DNA of 64,000 bases from Collinsella sp. (lineage in GTDB: Bacteria > Actinomycetota > Coriobacteriia > Coriobacteriales > Coriobacteriaceae). Made by a program: the position numbers and the translations under genes. Positions 27,846-38,438 of this stretch are shown one piece after another; positions within the stretch are counted from its first letter, which is position 1; each line of letters begins with the position of its first letter. Under the pieces are notes generated by a model, which saw nothing but the letters and a program-made list of their open reading frames with translations, was not told the DNA's origin and did not search any database. The DNA lies in NCBI GenBank assembly GCA_048326155.1, contig DBFEQD010000002.1:13080-77079 (forward strand), written 5' to 3'.

Positions 27846-28610
27846 CTAAGCCTTCCCGTCAATCGCTTTAAGGTATTGCTCGTCGTCCACGGGCTCCAAC
27901 CACTCGTTGGAGGCCTCCTCGCCCGGAACCTCCACCGCGAGATGGGAAAACCAGCTGTCGGGCGCCGCACCGTGCCAGTGCTTTACGCCCGCGGGGATAT
28001 TTACTACATCGCCAGGGCACAGCTGCTGTGCCGGTTTGCCCCATTCCTGGTAAAGACCTCGACCAGCCACGCAGACGAGGATCTGTCCGCCACCGCTTTT
28101 GGCGTGATGGGTGTGCCAGTTGTTGCGGCAGCCGGGCTCAAACGTAACGTTGTAAATGCCAACCTGCTCGGTGGAAAGGGGCGCGAGGTAGCTTTGCCCG
28201 ATAAAGTACTTCGCGAATGCGTCGTTGGGGGCACCGATGGGAAAGGCCATCTCGTTTTGATGCTTGGTTCTTGCGTCGGCGGCATCGTCATCCGCCCAGA
28301 CCTCCTTCGCCATGCGGAAGGCCGCCCACGCCTTGGGCCATCCCGCATAAAACGCCGCATGCGTAAGGATTTCCGCTATCTCAGCCCTGGTCACCCCGTT
28401 GTTCTTTGCGGACATCAGATGGTATTGGAACGAAGAGTCCGTCAGCCCCTGTGCCATCAAGGCAACCACCGTCACCACGCTGCGGTCTCGAAGGGAAAGC
28501 CTGTCTTCTCGGCTCCACACCTCGCCGAACAGCACATCGTCATTGAGCTGTGCAAATTTGGGGGCAAAGTCCCCCAGGGCATCCCTGCCCGCTGTCTGCT
28601 TAATCGTCAT
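27846..28610 (-). CDS. Carboxymuconolactone decarboxylase family protein fused to a cupin domain
   Basis: DVLFGEVWSR, AFYAGWPKA; cupin FEPGCRNNWHTH and KHWHGA. Confidence 0.9.
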   Translation of the reverse strand: MTIKQTAGRDALGDFAPKFAQLNDDVLFGEVWSREDRLSLRDRSVVTVVALMAQGLTDSSFQYHLMSAKNNGVTRAEIAEILTHAAFYAGWPKAWAAFRMAKEVWADDDAADARTKHQNEMAFPIGAPNDAFAKYFIGQSYLAPLSTEQVGIYNVTFEPGCRNNWHTHHAKSGGGQILVCVAGRGLYQEWGKPAQQLCPGDVVNIPAGVKHWHGAAPDSWFSHLAVEVPGEEASNEWLEPVDDEQYLKAIDGKA

Positions 28611-28671
28611 GTTTGATTCCTCCTGTCGATGGTTTTGAGTGCAAAACTGCTTCCGCGCAGCTAAGCCGCGC

Positions 28672-28780
28672 CTAGACTCCCATGCCCATTCGTTGCGCCT
28701 GCTCCAGAGCAGAATGCCCCGTGATTTCGCCCACTTCGTTCACGCCGCCGGCGAAAACCGTTCCGGCAAGCGTGCGCCTT
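28672..28780 (-). pseudogene. C-terminal remnant of a flavodoxin-family gene
   Basis: Reads ...LAGTVFAGGVNEVGEITGHSALEQAQRMGMGV*, resembling flavodoxin C-termini; no start or N-terminal part. Confidence 0.6.
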
Positions 28781-28823
28781 TGGCGAAAATCCCTTGCGCT
28801 CCCGATTTGTATTGATCAAAATA

Positions 28824-28854
28824 AACGTAATACCTAAACCTAACTTTAGGTCAA
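28824..28854 (-). promoter_or_regulatory. MerR-type promoter/operator with 19-bp spacer
   Basis: TTGACC-19 bp-TACGTT with dyad ACCTAAA-N6-TTTAGGT, divergent from the merR-family gene. Confidence 0.75.
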
Positions 28855-28885
28855 GGAGTAAATTCTAGATTTGTCCGGAGGGACC

Positions 28886-29326
28886 ATGTACACAATCGGA
28901 CAGGTGGCGGAGATGTTCGATCTGCCCGTTTCCACGCTGCGTTATTACGACAAGCAGGGATTGTTTCCGGAATTGGAGCGGACGTCCGGCATTCGCCGAT
29001 TCGGCGATACGGAACTCGAGGCGCTTCGGGTCATCGAATGCCTGAAGAAGGCCGGAATGGAAATCAAAGACATCCGGCTGTTCATGGAATGGTGCGCGGA
29101 GGGCCCATCGACATATCCCAAGCGCAAGGCCATGTTCGAGGAGCGAAAGGCCCACATGGAGTCGGAGATCGCGAAGATGAACCGCGCGCTGGACATGTTG
29201 AAGTTCAAATGCTGGTACTACGAGCAGGCGATTCAGGATGGCAACGAGGATAGGGTGAAGGCACTGATTCCCGACGATTTACCGGAAGAGATCAAAGATA
29301 CCTACGATAACGCCCACGCTCAATAA
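28886..29326 (+). CDS. MerR-family transcriptional regulator (AdhR-like)
   Basis: MYTIGQVAEMFDLPVSTLRYYDKQGL; IECLKKAGM. Confidence 0.92.
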   Translation: MYTIGQVAEMFDLPVSTLRYYDKQGLFPELERTSGIRRFGDTELEALRVIECLKKAGMEIKDIRLFMEWCAEGPSTYPKRKAMFEERKAHMESEIAKMNRALDMLKFKCWYYEQAIQDGNEDRVKALIPDDLPEEIKDTYDNAHAQ

Positions 29327-29463
29327 TGCCGCCCGATGCTCAAGGGGCTTTGGCAAGGAGTCGTTTTAAGCAGACATGTAAAAAGAAAGCATCCGAACCA
29401 GAGGGCTCGGAGGCTGTTATTCCCGTTATTCCCATAGGCATAAGCGCATCTGTTCGCGATTGC

Positions 29464-30363
29464 CTATCGATGCTCTGCCTCGAGCACGGCAGACACCGCA
29501 TCGAGGAACTCCCGCACATGGTCTGCGGGGTGCGACGAATGAAGCAGCCCGTAAGACACGAGACAGTCCCAATCGGTAGGGACGGTTTTGAGCATGGGGT
29601 GGACGTTGGCCCACAACGGCAGCGTCGCAAGCGCGAGGTCCTCGTTCGCGCCGCGATTGAACACCTCCGCCCGATATTGCGGGAAGTCTACGAGCGCGAT
29701 TTGAGGATGATGCAAGAGTATCTCGTCGCGCACGCGGTCGATTTCAGCGTTCCAGCCCCGGCGTATAAGCATAAGACTGTGATTATGGAGGTCGTCGAAT
29801 GTGACGATGTCGCGTTTGGCGAGTTCGTTGTCGACGGGAACGGCGCACCAGAGCGGCTCGCGCGAAAGCTCGAGGCCCAGGCACCCGCGCTCTTTAAGAA
29901 AGGCATCGTCGAAAATCCCCGCCACGATATCCATGTCTTGCCCGAGGTTCGCCAAACCGCGCGCCGCCGAGGGTGTGTTTTCAAACGTGACCACCTGAAG
30001 GCTCATGCCAGGGCAACGTTCCTTCACCTTCGGCCACAGCTTCGTGAGCGGCGTGCTGGGCGTCATGAGCGACACTCCCACGCGGATGATGCGCTTTTCT
30101 CCACGCTCGGCGACGCGGGCGCGTGCAATTGATTCTTGAGAGTACTGCACGATATGGCGGGCGTCGGCGAGCAGCGACCTGCCTGCTCGCGTAAGCGAAA
30201 GCCCCTGATGCAATCGGTGGAACAGCGTAAGGCCTAGCCGCGACTCCAGCAGGTTCATCTGCTTGATGACGGCCGTGGGCGTGATGAAGGACTCTTGTGC
30301 CGCTTTGGAGAAACTGCCCGCCTCCGCCACGCGGATGAAAGTGTCAAGCTGTGGGTTGTACAT
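29464..30363 (-). CDS. LysR-family transcriptional regulator
   Basis: FIRVAEAGSFSKAA...TAVIKQMNLLE...LTRAG; GGAGG RBS. Confidence 0.92.
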   Translation of the reverse strand: MYNPQLDTFIRVAEAGSFSKAAQESFITPTAVIKQMNLLESRLGLTLFHRLHQGLSLTRAGRSLLADARHIVQYSQESIARARVAERGEKRIIRVGVSLMTPSTPLTKLWPKVKERCPGMSLQVVTFENTPSAARGLANLGQDMDIVAGIFDDAFLKERGCLGLELSREPLWCAVPVDNELAKRDIVTFDDLHNHSLMLIRRGWNAEIDRVRDEILLHHPQIALVDFPQYRAEVFNRGANEDLALATLPLWANVHPMLKTVPTDWDCLVSYGLLHSSHPADHVREFLDAVSAVLEAEHR

Positions 30364-30492
30364 CGATCCTCCTGTCACGCATTATGTGCCGTATATACCC
30401 CATGGTTATATCCATCATTCCAACGTGAACTTCTCGCACGTCAGTAAACGCCGTAGCCTTGTATTCGAAAAGTCACCATTAAGGAGGAGACC

Positions 30493-31341
30493 ATGGAATA
30501 TCTGAAGCTCAACAACGACGTCGAGATGCCCATCGAGGGTTTGGGCACCTTCCTCATGACCCCGGCCGAGGCCGAGGCGGCCGCAACCGCCGCGCTCGCG
30601 GCTGGCTACGAGCACATCGACACCGCCAACGCCTACATGAACGAGCGCGCCGTGGGCCGTGCCATCGCCAAAAGCGGCATCGCGCGCGACAAGATCTTCG
30701 TCTCCACCAAGCTCTGGCCGAGCGTCTACGACGCGGGCATGCCGGCGGTGGACGCCACGCTCCAGCGCCTGGGGCTCGACTACGTCGACATGCTCATCCT
30801 GCACCAGCCGGTAGGCGACTACCTGGCCGCGTGGCGCACGATGGAAGAGGCGTACCGCGCAGGCAAGGTGCGCGCCCTCGGCCTCTCCAACTTCCCGCAA
30901 GACAAGATCGCCGAGGTCATCGAGGTCGCCGACATCAAGCCGCAGCTCGTAACCGTTGAGTGCCACCCCTACCACGCCCAGCGCGACCTGCGCGCCTACC
31001 TCGCGCCGTACGGCACGGTGATCGAGGCGTGGTACCCGCTCGGCCACGGCGACAAAGGTCTTCTGGATGAGCCCGTCTTCGTCGCTCTCGCCGAGAAGCA
31101 CGGCAAGACCCCGGCCCAAGTGATCCTGCGCTGGCACGTGCAGATGGGCACCTCCATCATCCCCGGCTCCAAGAACCCCGCCCACATCGCCGACAACGCG
31201 AACATCTTCGACTTCTCCCTCACCGAAGACGAGATGGCCGAGATTGCCAAGCTCGACGGGACCATGACCTACTACACCGCCACTGAGGAAGCACTCGCGG
31301 GCTACCTGGCCATACGCCCCGATTTCGACGCGCAGGAGTAG
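30493..31341 (+). CDS. Aldo/keto reductase
   Basis: IDTANAYMNE, STKLW, LILHQP, IIPGS. Confidence 0.92.
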   Translation: MEYLKLNNDVEMPIEGLGTFLMTPAEAEAAATAALAAGYEHIDTANAYMNERAVGRAIAKSGIARDKIFVSTKLWPSVYDAGMPAVDATLQRLGLDYVDMLILHQPVGDYLAAWRTMEEAYRAGKVRALGLSNFPQDKIAEVIEVADIKPQLVTVECHPYHAQRDLRAYLAPYGTVIEAWYPLGHGDKGLLDEPVFVALAEKHGKTPAQVILRWHVQMGTSIIPGSKNPAHIADNANIFDFSLTEDEMAEIAKLDGTMTYYTATEEALAGYLAIRPDFDAQE

Positions 31342-31387
31342 CGCTCAGACGATAACGGGCCAACCAAGCCAACGAAGGAGATGCCCC

Positions 31388-32011
31388 ATGACCGCAAACC
31401 CGACCGTGACCAGAAGAAACTTCCTGCTCGGAGCCGCGCTGTGCGCAACGATGCTCTCCGGCTGCAGCCAGGGTGACGACCAAGCCGCCGTCGAGGACGA
31501 GCCTGCCGCCGCGCCCGCCGCAGGCGGCAACGTCCTCGTGGCCTACTACTCGGCACAGGGCCACACCGCTGCCGTAGCTCAGACGATCGCCGACGAGCTC
31601 GGCGCTGATCTCTTTGAGGTGACGCCTACGGAGCCCTACTCCGACGATGACCTCGACTGGACCGACGACAGTAGCCGCGTGACCCGCGAGCACGAGGACG
31701 AGAGCCTGCGCGACGTCGAGCTTACGCAGGTCACGCCGAACGGCTGGGAGAACTACGGCACCGTGCTCGTGGGGTATCCCATCTGGTGGGGCATCGCGGC
31801 CTGGCCCATCGACAACTTCATCTCAGGCAACGACTGGGACGGCAAGACGGTGGTCCCGTTCTGCACCTCTTCCTCCTCGGGTCTTGGCCGGAGCGGCGAG
31901 CTACTCGCCGAGGCCGCGGGTAGCGGGGAGTGGCAGGAGGGCCAGCGCTTCTCGTCCAGTGTGGACGAGTCCGGGGTTCGTGATTGGGTCGCCGGTCTCG
32001 GCCGGGCATAA
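31388..32011 (+). CDS. Flavodoxin lipoprotein with Tat signal
   Basis: TRRNFLL...LSGC; AYYSAQGHT, GYPIWWG, PFCTSSSSG. Confidence 0.88.
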   Translation: MTANPTVTRRNFLLGAALCATMLSGCSQGDDQAAVEDEPAAAPAAGGNVLVAYYSAQGHTAAVAQTIADELGADLFEVTPTEPYSDDDLDWTDDSSRVTREHEDESLRDVELTQVTPNGWENYGTVLVGYPIWWGIAAWPIDNFISGNDWDGKTVVPFCTSSSSGLGRSGELLAEAAGSGEWQEGQRFSSSVDESGVRDWVAGLGRA

Positions 32012-32053
32012 GCAATTAGAAATGGCAGACCGCCGACAATCTGGGGGTTTCGA

Positions 32054-32848
32054 ATGATCCTATACTTCACCGAGACGGGCAACTGCCTCTACGTGGCGCG
32101 CGAGCTGGCCGCGGAGGGCGAGAGGGTCCTGAGCATCCCGCAGGAGCTGCGCCGCAAGGGCGAGCTCGCCTACGCGGACGATGCGATTGGCATCGTGTAC
32201 CCCATCTATGGGCACATGATGCCCGACATGGTGAAGACGTTCCTCGAGCGCGCGACGCTCGACACGCCCTACCTCTACTTCGTTTGCACCTACGGAAACC
32301 GGCACGCCAACGCTGTCGAACTGTGCCTGGAGGACGCGCGGGCGGCGAGGCTCAACCCTGCCTACGTGACCACGCTCCTCATGGTTGACAACTGGCTGCC
32401 CAACTTCGACATGGACGAGCAACGCGCCCGCATCCCCGAGAAGAAGATAGGCGAGAATCTCGAGCGCATCCGCGCGGCCGTGTCCACGCGCCGCCGCTGG
32501 ATCGAGCCGGTGACCGACGAGGACCGCGCGGCGCACGAGCAGTTCATGAGCCGGGGCTTGCGCTTCGAGCCGGCGGCGCTGGGCGGATTCCTGACCGCTG
32601 ATTCCGAGAAGTGCATGGGATGCGGGGCGTGCGCAAAGGTGTGCCCGGCTGGCTGCATCGCGCTCGAGGGCGGCAAGGCTGTCCGTAACGCGCAGGCGGG
32701 CTTTGGCTGCAACGCCTGCCTCGCCTGCATGCACGCCTGCCCCGCGCACGCCATCACCTGCGCGGCGGGCGACAAGAACCCCGCGGCGCGCTTCCGCAAC
32801 GAACACGTGACCCTTGCCGAGCTGCAAGAGGCCAACAGCGGCCGCTGA
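32054..32848 (+). CDS. EFR1-family flavodoxin-ferredoxin fusion
   Basis: MILYFTETGNCLYVA; CMGCGACAKVCP and CNACLACMHACP. Confidence 0.88.
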   Translation: MILYFTETGNCLYVARELAAEGERVLSIPQELRRKGELAYADDAIGIVYPIYGHMMPDMVKTFLERATLDTPYLYFVCTYGNRHANAVELCLEDARAARLNPAYVTTLLMVDNWLPNFDMDEQRARIPEKKIGENLERIRAAVSTRRRWIEPVTDEDRAAHEQFMSRGLRFEPAALGGFLTADSEKCMGCGACAKVCPAGCIALEGGKAVRNAQAGFGCNACLACMHACPAHAITCAAGDKNPAARFRNEHVTLAELQEANSGR

Positions 32849-32909
32849 TGCGCTTCTCGCCAAGCCGAAAGCCTGCTGCTTCGGCTTGGTTCATTCAGAA
32901 AGAGGAACT

Positions 32910-33761
32910 ATGCACGTGAGCCATCTTTCACGCAGGTCCTTTATCGAGGCTGCCGCGCTCGCTGCGGGCGGGCTGGTACTCGGGGAAGGCCTGGTCGGCT
33001 GCGCGGATGTCCGTGAGCTTGGCGGCTACGTCCTCACGGAGGGGTCGCAGACAGACCGCGGCTTCGTCGTTGACGACGCCCTGCAGACGCCATCGGGCAG
33101 GACGCTGCACTTCTCGCTCCATGTGCCGGACTCCTATGACGGGTCCGCGCCCTATGCGCTCTACGTGGCCTGCCCCGGCTGGGAGGGGCTCTACTTCCAG
33201 GGCGTGGGGGCGAATCTTCAGGAGGACTACCCCTTCGTGGCGAACGACTACATCGCCGACATGATCGTGGCCTCGCCCCAGCTCGACGCCTGGGACGAGC
33301 AATCGGCGTCAGACGTGGTGGGGCTCACCGAATGGCTGCTCGGCGCCTACAGCATCGATGCGGACCACGTGTACCTGAGCGGATGCTCGGGCGGCGGCGA
33401 GACCATCTCCATCGTCTTGGGAACGCGCCCCGAGCTCTACCGCCGTGCGCTTCACACCATCTCGCGCTGGGACGGCGACATCGAGACGCTCGCCGCAGCC
33501 GAGGTTCCCGTGTATATGGCTATCGGCGAGAACGACGACTATTACGGCTCCGGACCCGCGCGCGAGGCGTACGAGGAGATTCGCGCCGCCTATCGAGCTC
33601 GCAGGCTTTCCGAGGAGCGCATCAGCGAGCTGGTCGTGCTCGATGTCAAGCCCACGAGCTACTTCACCGAGCGGGGCTTTGCTGCGGACGCGGGCCAGCA
33701 CGGAGCGGGCGGCTACCTCTTTGCCCGTGACGAGGACATCATGGGATGGCTGTTCTCATGA
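32910..33761 (+). CDS. Secreted alpha/beta-fold hydrolase / peptidase (Tat lipoprotein)
   Basis: SRRSFI...LVGC; YLSGCSGGG nucleophile motif; GENDDYY. Confidence 0.75.
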   Translation: MHVSHLSRRSFIEAAALAAGGLVLGEGLVGCADVRELGGYVLTEGSQTDRGFVVDDALQTPSGRTLHFSLHVPDSYDGSAPYALYVACPGWEGLYFQGVGANLQEDYPFVANDYIADMIVASPQLDAWDEQSASDVVGLTEWLLGAYSIDADHVYLSGCSGGGETISIVLGTRPELYRRALHTISRWDGDIETLAAAEVPVYMAIGENDDYYGSGPAREAYEEIRAAYRARRLSEERISELVVLDVKPTSYFTERGFAADAGQHGAGGYLFARDEDIMGWLFS

Positions 33762-33985
33762 CGCGGAGAATAAAGGGACTGACGAGAAGGGCGCTGCGCC
33801 GCACGGTCGACATAGTCCTTGCGACCCTGCTTGTGGTTCAGATGTTTTCGCGTTTCTGGGTGCCCTGCTCATGCAGGTAGTCGTCCGCAGCGCCCGTCCG
33901 ATCATACACTTGGCGAACGAAAAGGGGCGGTGGGCCTCCGTCTTCACGGGCCCACCGCCGCCGAACTGGGTTACGCAAGTCGGGA

Positions 33986-34435
33986 CTACGCGAGCTTCTT
34001 CGAGAGCGCCCTTGCCTCGTGCGTGTTGTCGACCATGCCGCCGTAGGTCATGCCGTAGAGCGCGGCGAAGCGCTTCATGGTGTACTCGCCCCAATCGAGC
34101 ATCTCGCGCGTGGGCGCGCCACCTTGGAACACGAAATAGAGCGTCTTGCCGCTCATACTGCCCTCGCGCACCGGACCGTAGAAGCGGTCGAGCAGGTTGC
34201 GCAGCATGCCGGAGAGGTTGTGCCAGTAGACGGGCGACCCCACGACCAGGGTGTCCGCCGCCTCGATGCGCGCGAGCACGTCCTCGAAGTCATCGTCGCC
34301 GTAGTTCTGGCCGTAGCCGTAGACCTTGTGCTCGACAAGATTCAGCTGCTCGTACGGGCGATCGCCGATGAGCTCGCGCGCCAGGCGCGCCGTGTTGCCA
34401 TCCTTGTTGGGGCTTCCGTTGATGAAAAGAATCAT
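33986..34435 (-). CDS. Flavodoxin-family / NAD(P)H-dependent oxidoreductase
   Basis: INGSPNKDGNT, GSPVYWH, LLDRF. Confidence 0.85.
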   Translation of the reverse strand: MILFINGSPNKDGNTARLARELIGDRPYEQLNLVEHKVYGYGQNYGDDDFEDVLARIEAADTLVVGSPVYWHNLSGMLRNLLDRFYGPVREGSMSGKTLYFVFQGGAPTREMLDWGEYTMKRFAALYGMTYGGMVDNTHEARALSKKLA

Positions 34436-34553
34436 ACGTCTCACTCCTTACGTATTGTCTGATACCGCCTTTACCATAGGCGTGAGAAGATCCGGCGAGA
34501 AGTTCCTGCCCGTAGGCAGCTTATAACCGTGGGGTGTGTACGTCTTGCCATCC

Positions 34554-35555
34554 TCATCGCTGCGCCTTCCAAAACGCGAGGGCATCGTCGATCCAGCCCT
34601 CTGCCACGGTGTCGACACCCAGGCCAAAGCCGTGGCTCAGGCCTTCGTAAACATGAAACTCCGTGGGCACGCCCGTTGCTGAGAGCGCTTCGAGACGCGC
34701 CTGCATGGTGCGCCAGCTCGCGATGCCGTCGCGATCACCCACGCAGGCGTAGGTCGCGGGGTCGGCACCCGTCAGTTCGCTCATGCCGGTGTACTGCATG
34801 ATGGCCGCCGCGGGCTGGGGCGTTCCTACTGGCGCGCCAAAGGCGGCCGGGCCGTAGCCGCCGACCCATGCCGCCATGCGCGCACCGGCCGAGCCGCCCC
34901 ACAGCGAATAGCCCGACGTGTCCACGCTGAGCTCGTCGGCGTGCTCGAAGATGAAGGAGACGACGCGGGCCAAGTCCTCGCAGGCGAGCTGCGCGTCCGG
35001 CCGATAGATGACCGCGAACCCGTTGACGCCGGAACGGGCCAGGTGCAGACAGTGCGGGAAGGAGTCGTGCATGGCAGCGACGTAGGCGAATCCGCCGCCC
35101 GCGCTTACCACGGCAAACGGTGCAGACGCGCCGCCCGCTCCCTCGGCAGCGAAGCGGAAGAGCCCCGTGTTGGCGAGCGAGGGGTCGGCGGCCTTCTCGG
35201 CATCCGTGTAGATGTCGTAGAAGAACGTCCGTTCCGCTGCGCGCTCTGACAGCAGATAACTGACGACGTCGACCGTGGTGCTCGTATGGATTTCCGAGTA
35301 CCACGGCAGGCAAGCGGAAAGGTCATCGAGCGTCATATCCTCCGTCGGCGGATGGAGCGTTGTGGGGAAGAGCAGCCGTCCGTAGCCATCGAGCAAAGGG
35401 TTGTTGATGACGTCGTAGATGGGCGTGTCCGCCGTGACCGGGCCCGGAGCGGAGCCGCGCGCGAACCCGGCGGTCCCGTCCGACGAGCAGCCGGCAAGGC
35501 TGCCCGCAGCGGCCAACCACACGGCAGCCTCCAGAAACGAACGGCGCGGCATCAT
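34554..35555 (-). CDS. Alpha/beta hydrolase (esterase-like) Tat lipoprotein
   Basis: PRRSFL...LAGC; GGGF, GGSAGA, HGFG. Confidence 0.82.
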   Translation of the reverse strand: MMPRRSFLEAAVWLAAAGSLAGCSSDGTAGFARGSAPGPVTADTPIYDVINNPLLDGYGRLLFPTTLHPPTEDMTLDDLSACLPWYSEIHTSTTVDVVSYLLSERAAERTFFYDIYTDAEKAADPSLANTGLFRFAAEGAGGASAPFAVVSAGGGFAYVAAMHDSFPHCLHLARSGVNGFAVIYRPDAQLACEDLARVVSFIFEHADELSVDTSGYSLWGGSAGARMAAWVGGYGPAAFGAPVGTPQPAAAIMQYTGMSELTGADPATYACVGDRDGIASWRTMQARLEALSATGVPTEFHVYEGLSHGFGLGVDTVAEGWIDDALAFWKAQR

Positions 35556-36259
35556 CGCCGCACTCGATAGACGAGGTGGAGGCCGTCGCCGGCAAGGCGC
35601 TCGACGCGCTCAAGCGAGAATACGTGCGAACCGCCGGCTGAGCGAGGCATCTCGTCGAAGACGGAAGCCGTTTCGGGCTCCCCCGAGACCGTCGGGGAGA
35701 GAACGAGGCTCAGCTCGTCAAGCACGCCCGCGGCAAGAAACGACATGTCCGTCTTTCCACCGCCGCACACGAGCAGGCGCTCGATGCCAAAAAGCTCGCG
35801 CAGCTTGCGCAGGGCGAGCGGGAGGTCTAGCCCGCGCGAGCCGGCAAGCACGTATGAGACGCCGCGCTCTCGCAGATAGTCGCGATACGCCGGCGATGCC
35901 GCCTCGGTGAGGATCTCGATGACGTGCGCGTCCGCACGGCCGGCGCGACGATAGGTCGCAGACTCCCATGCAATCTCCCCGGCGGGGTCGACGGAGACGT
36001 AGAACGATCGTTCGTCATGAGGCGCCACGAAGTCCCCCTTGGGCGCGCTCCCGTGGGTATCGAGCGCAAGGGGGCGCGACCCGACGAAGCCCTTCGTGGT
36101 CACGGCCCCGTACGCCACGGCGTCCGCCCCGAACTCGACCTGCATGCGAGAGTACGCGGCGCGTGCGGGCGAGGCGGCGGGGTCGAGCATGTACGCGCCG
36201 TCGATACGCCCGTTGAGCCCGGCAAAGACATGACAGACGACATAGGGTCTAATGTTCAT
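35552..36259 (-). CDS. RibD C-terminal / dihydrofolate reductase-family protein
   Basis: RPYVVCH...NGRIDG; LLVCGGG; LDELSLVLSP. Confidence 0.85.
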   Translation of the reverse strand: MNIRPYVVCHVFAGLNGRIDGAYMLDPAASPARAAYSRMQVEFGADAVAYGAVTTKGFVGSRPLALDTHGSAPKGDFVAPHDERSFYVSVDPAGEIAWESATYRRAGRADAHVIEILTEAASPAYRDYLRERGVSYVLAGSRGLDLPLALRKLRELFGIERLLVCGGGKTDMSFLAAGVLDELSLVLSPTVSGEPETASVFDEMPRSAGGSHVFSLERVERLAGDGLHLVYRVRR

Positions 36260-36265
36260 GGCTCC

Positions 36266-37255
36266 CTACCTTACCGTGTGCCCGCCGAAGACCATGAGGT
36301 CGAGTCCGTTGAGCAGCCCGTCGATCTTGGCAACCTCATCGTCGGTGAGCCCGACCTCGGCGGCACCGAGGTTCTCGAGCAGTCGTTCGGGCTTGCGACT
36401 GCCCGGGATGGGAATGATATAGGGCTTCTTCTCGAGCATCCAGGAAAGGGAGACCTGGGCGGGCGTCGCCGCGTGCAGCTCAGCCAGCTCGCGAACGAAC
36501 CGCATGAGGGGCTCGGCGCGCCTTTCGCCTTCCTCTGTGTACTGCGGCATGCCATCGCGGTAGTCTTGGGCGCCCTCGAATCTGGTGTTGTGGCTGTACG
36601 CGCCCGTCAGAAAGCCGTTCGCCATGGGAGAAAAGGCCACGAAGGCAACGTTCAGCTCCTCGAGCACGGGGAACAGGGATTCGTTCCAGCGTGCCATCAT
36701 GGAGTAGCGGTTCTGAACGGCGGAGACGGGGCACACCGCATCGGCGCGACGCAGGTACTCCTCCGTCGCCTCGGAGATTCCCCAGGCGCGGATCTTACCT
36801 TCCTTGATGAGGTCTGCCATGGTGTCTGCAACGACCTCGGGCTCGACCTTTGGGTCGATTCGGTGCTGGTAGTAGAGGTCGATGTGGTCGGTGCGCAGCC
36901 GGCGCAGGCTCTTCTCCACCGAGATACGGATAACCTCGGGGCGCGAGTCCACGAGGATGGTCTTGTCCGGGGCGTGCGTGACGCCGAACTTGGTGGCAAT
37001 GACAACCTCGTCGCGCACGGGCGCGAGCGCCTTGCCCACCACGTCCTCGTTGTGCGCCTCGGTCCCATCGGCGCACGTGCCAACGTAGCACTCCGCCGTG
37101 TCAAAGAAGGTATAGCCCATCTCGTGGGCCTGACGGACGACGCTCGCGGCCTCGTCGTCGGGCATCGGGTCTCCGCTCGCGTGCGTGATTCCCATGCAGC
37201 CCATGCCGAGCGGGCTGACTTCGATGCCGCTCTTTCCCAAAACGCGCTTGTCCAT
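36266..37255 (-). CDS. Aldo/keto reductase
   Basis: GMGCMG, FDTAECY, IATKFG, DLYYQHR, PIPGS. Confidence 0.92.
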   Translation of the reverse strand: MDKRVLGKSGIEVSPLGMGCMGITHASGDPMPDDEAASVVRQAHEMGYTFFDTAECYVGTCADGTEAHNEDVVGKALAPVRDEVVIATKFGVTHAPDKTILVDSRPEVIRISVEKSLRRLRTDHIDLYYQHRIDPKVEPEVVADTMADLIKEGKIRAWGISEATEEYLRRADAVCPVSAVQNRYSMMARWNESLFPVLEELNVAFVAFSPMANGFLTGAYSHNTRFEGAQDYRDGMPQYTEEGERRAEPLMRFVRELAELHAATPAQVSLSWMLEKKPYIIPIPGSRKPERLLENLGAAEVGLTDDEVAKIDGLLNGLDLMVFGGHTVR

Positions 37256-37542
37256 TCCTGTTCTCCCTGTCTATGATATCCGTCATTTGTTTGCGACGCC
37301 CACGTCCGCCCGTTCATCGGACTCCGTTAGGCACATCCTCTGTCGATGGCCTTTGCTCTCTCATCGCCAAGCGTACGACCGCAAAGCGCTCGACGGAATC
37401 CCCCTTTGGTGCGGTGCCCTGAACCCGCGGGTTATAACCCCGTGCGCACCCCAGCGTTATAGAACCCTCACCAACGGAAACTTCCGCCGCCGCGGCGCCC
37501 CTCGTATGGTGGATACGTCAAGTTGCGAGAAAGGAAGGCACC

Positions 37543-38394
37543 ATGGACTACATCACCTTGAACAACGGCGTCAGGATGCCGCAGCTCGGCTTCGGCGTGT
37601 ATCAGATCCCAAACGCCGCGGAATGCCAGCGCGCCGTTGAGGACGCGCTCTCGGTCGGCTACCGGCTGCTCGACACGGCCGCGAGCTACGGCAACGAAGA
37701 GGCGGTCGGGGCTGCCATTCGTGCGAGCGGCCTGCCGCGCGACGAGGTGTTCGTGACGACCAAGCTGTGGATGTCGGATGTGAGCTACGAGGGGGCCAAG
37801 CGCGGCTTCGACGCGTCGCTCAAGCGGCTGGGGCTCGACTACGTCGACCTCTACCTCATCCATCAGCCGTTCGGCGACGTCTTCGGCGCGTGGCGCGCCA
37901 TGGAGGAGCTCTACGAGCAGGGCGTTATCCGCGCCATAGGCACAGCTAACTTCTACCCCGATCACCTCGCAAACCTCATCTCGTTCAACCGCATCGCCCC
38001 CGCCGTGAACCAAGTCGAGTGCAACGTGTTCTTCCAGCAGCGCGAGGCGCAGGAGTACATGGCCGGCAAGGAGGTGGCCATGGAGGGTTGGGCGCCCTTT
38101 GCGGAGGGCAGAAACGACCTCTTCCGCAACGAGGTCCTCGCTCGCATCGGCGAGGCGCACGGCAAGACGGTCGCCCAGGTCGTGTTGCGCTGGCTGCTGC
38201 AGCGCGGTGTGGTCTGCATCCCTAAGAGCACGCACCGCGATCGCATGGAGCAAAACTTCGACGTCTTCGACTTCGCGCTGGGCGACGACGAGATGGTCGC
38301 CATCGCCGCGCTCGACACCGGGCGCAGCGCGTTCTTCGACCACCACGACCCCGCCACCATCGAATGGATGTCCGGGCTCGTGCGCAACGTGTAG
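37543..38394 (+). CDS. Aldo/keto reductase (2,5-diketogluconate reductase-like)
   Basis: [29 protein letters not shown]. Confidence 0.92.
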   Translation: MDYITLNNGVRMPQLGFGVYQIPNAAECQRAVEDALSVGYRLLDTAASYGNEEAVGAAIRASGLPRDEVFVTTKLWMSDVSYEGAKRGFDASLKRLGLDYVDLYLIHQPFGDVFGAWRAMEELYEQGVIRAIGTANFYPDHLANLISFNRIAPAVNQVECNVFFQQREAQEYMAGKEVAMEGWAPFAEGRNDLFRNEVLARIGEAHGKTVAQVVLRWLLQRGVVCIPKSTHRDRMEQNFDVFDFALGDDEMVAIAALDTGRSAFFDHHDPATIEWMSGLVRNV

Positions 38395-38438
38395 ACGAGC
38401 GGTCAGACCGCACTGATAACTTACTAGGAGGAATTGCC

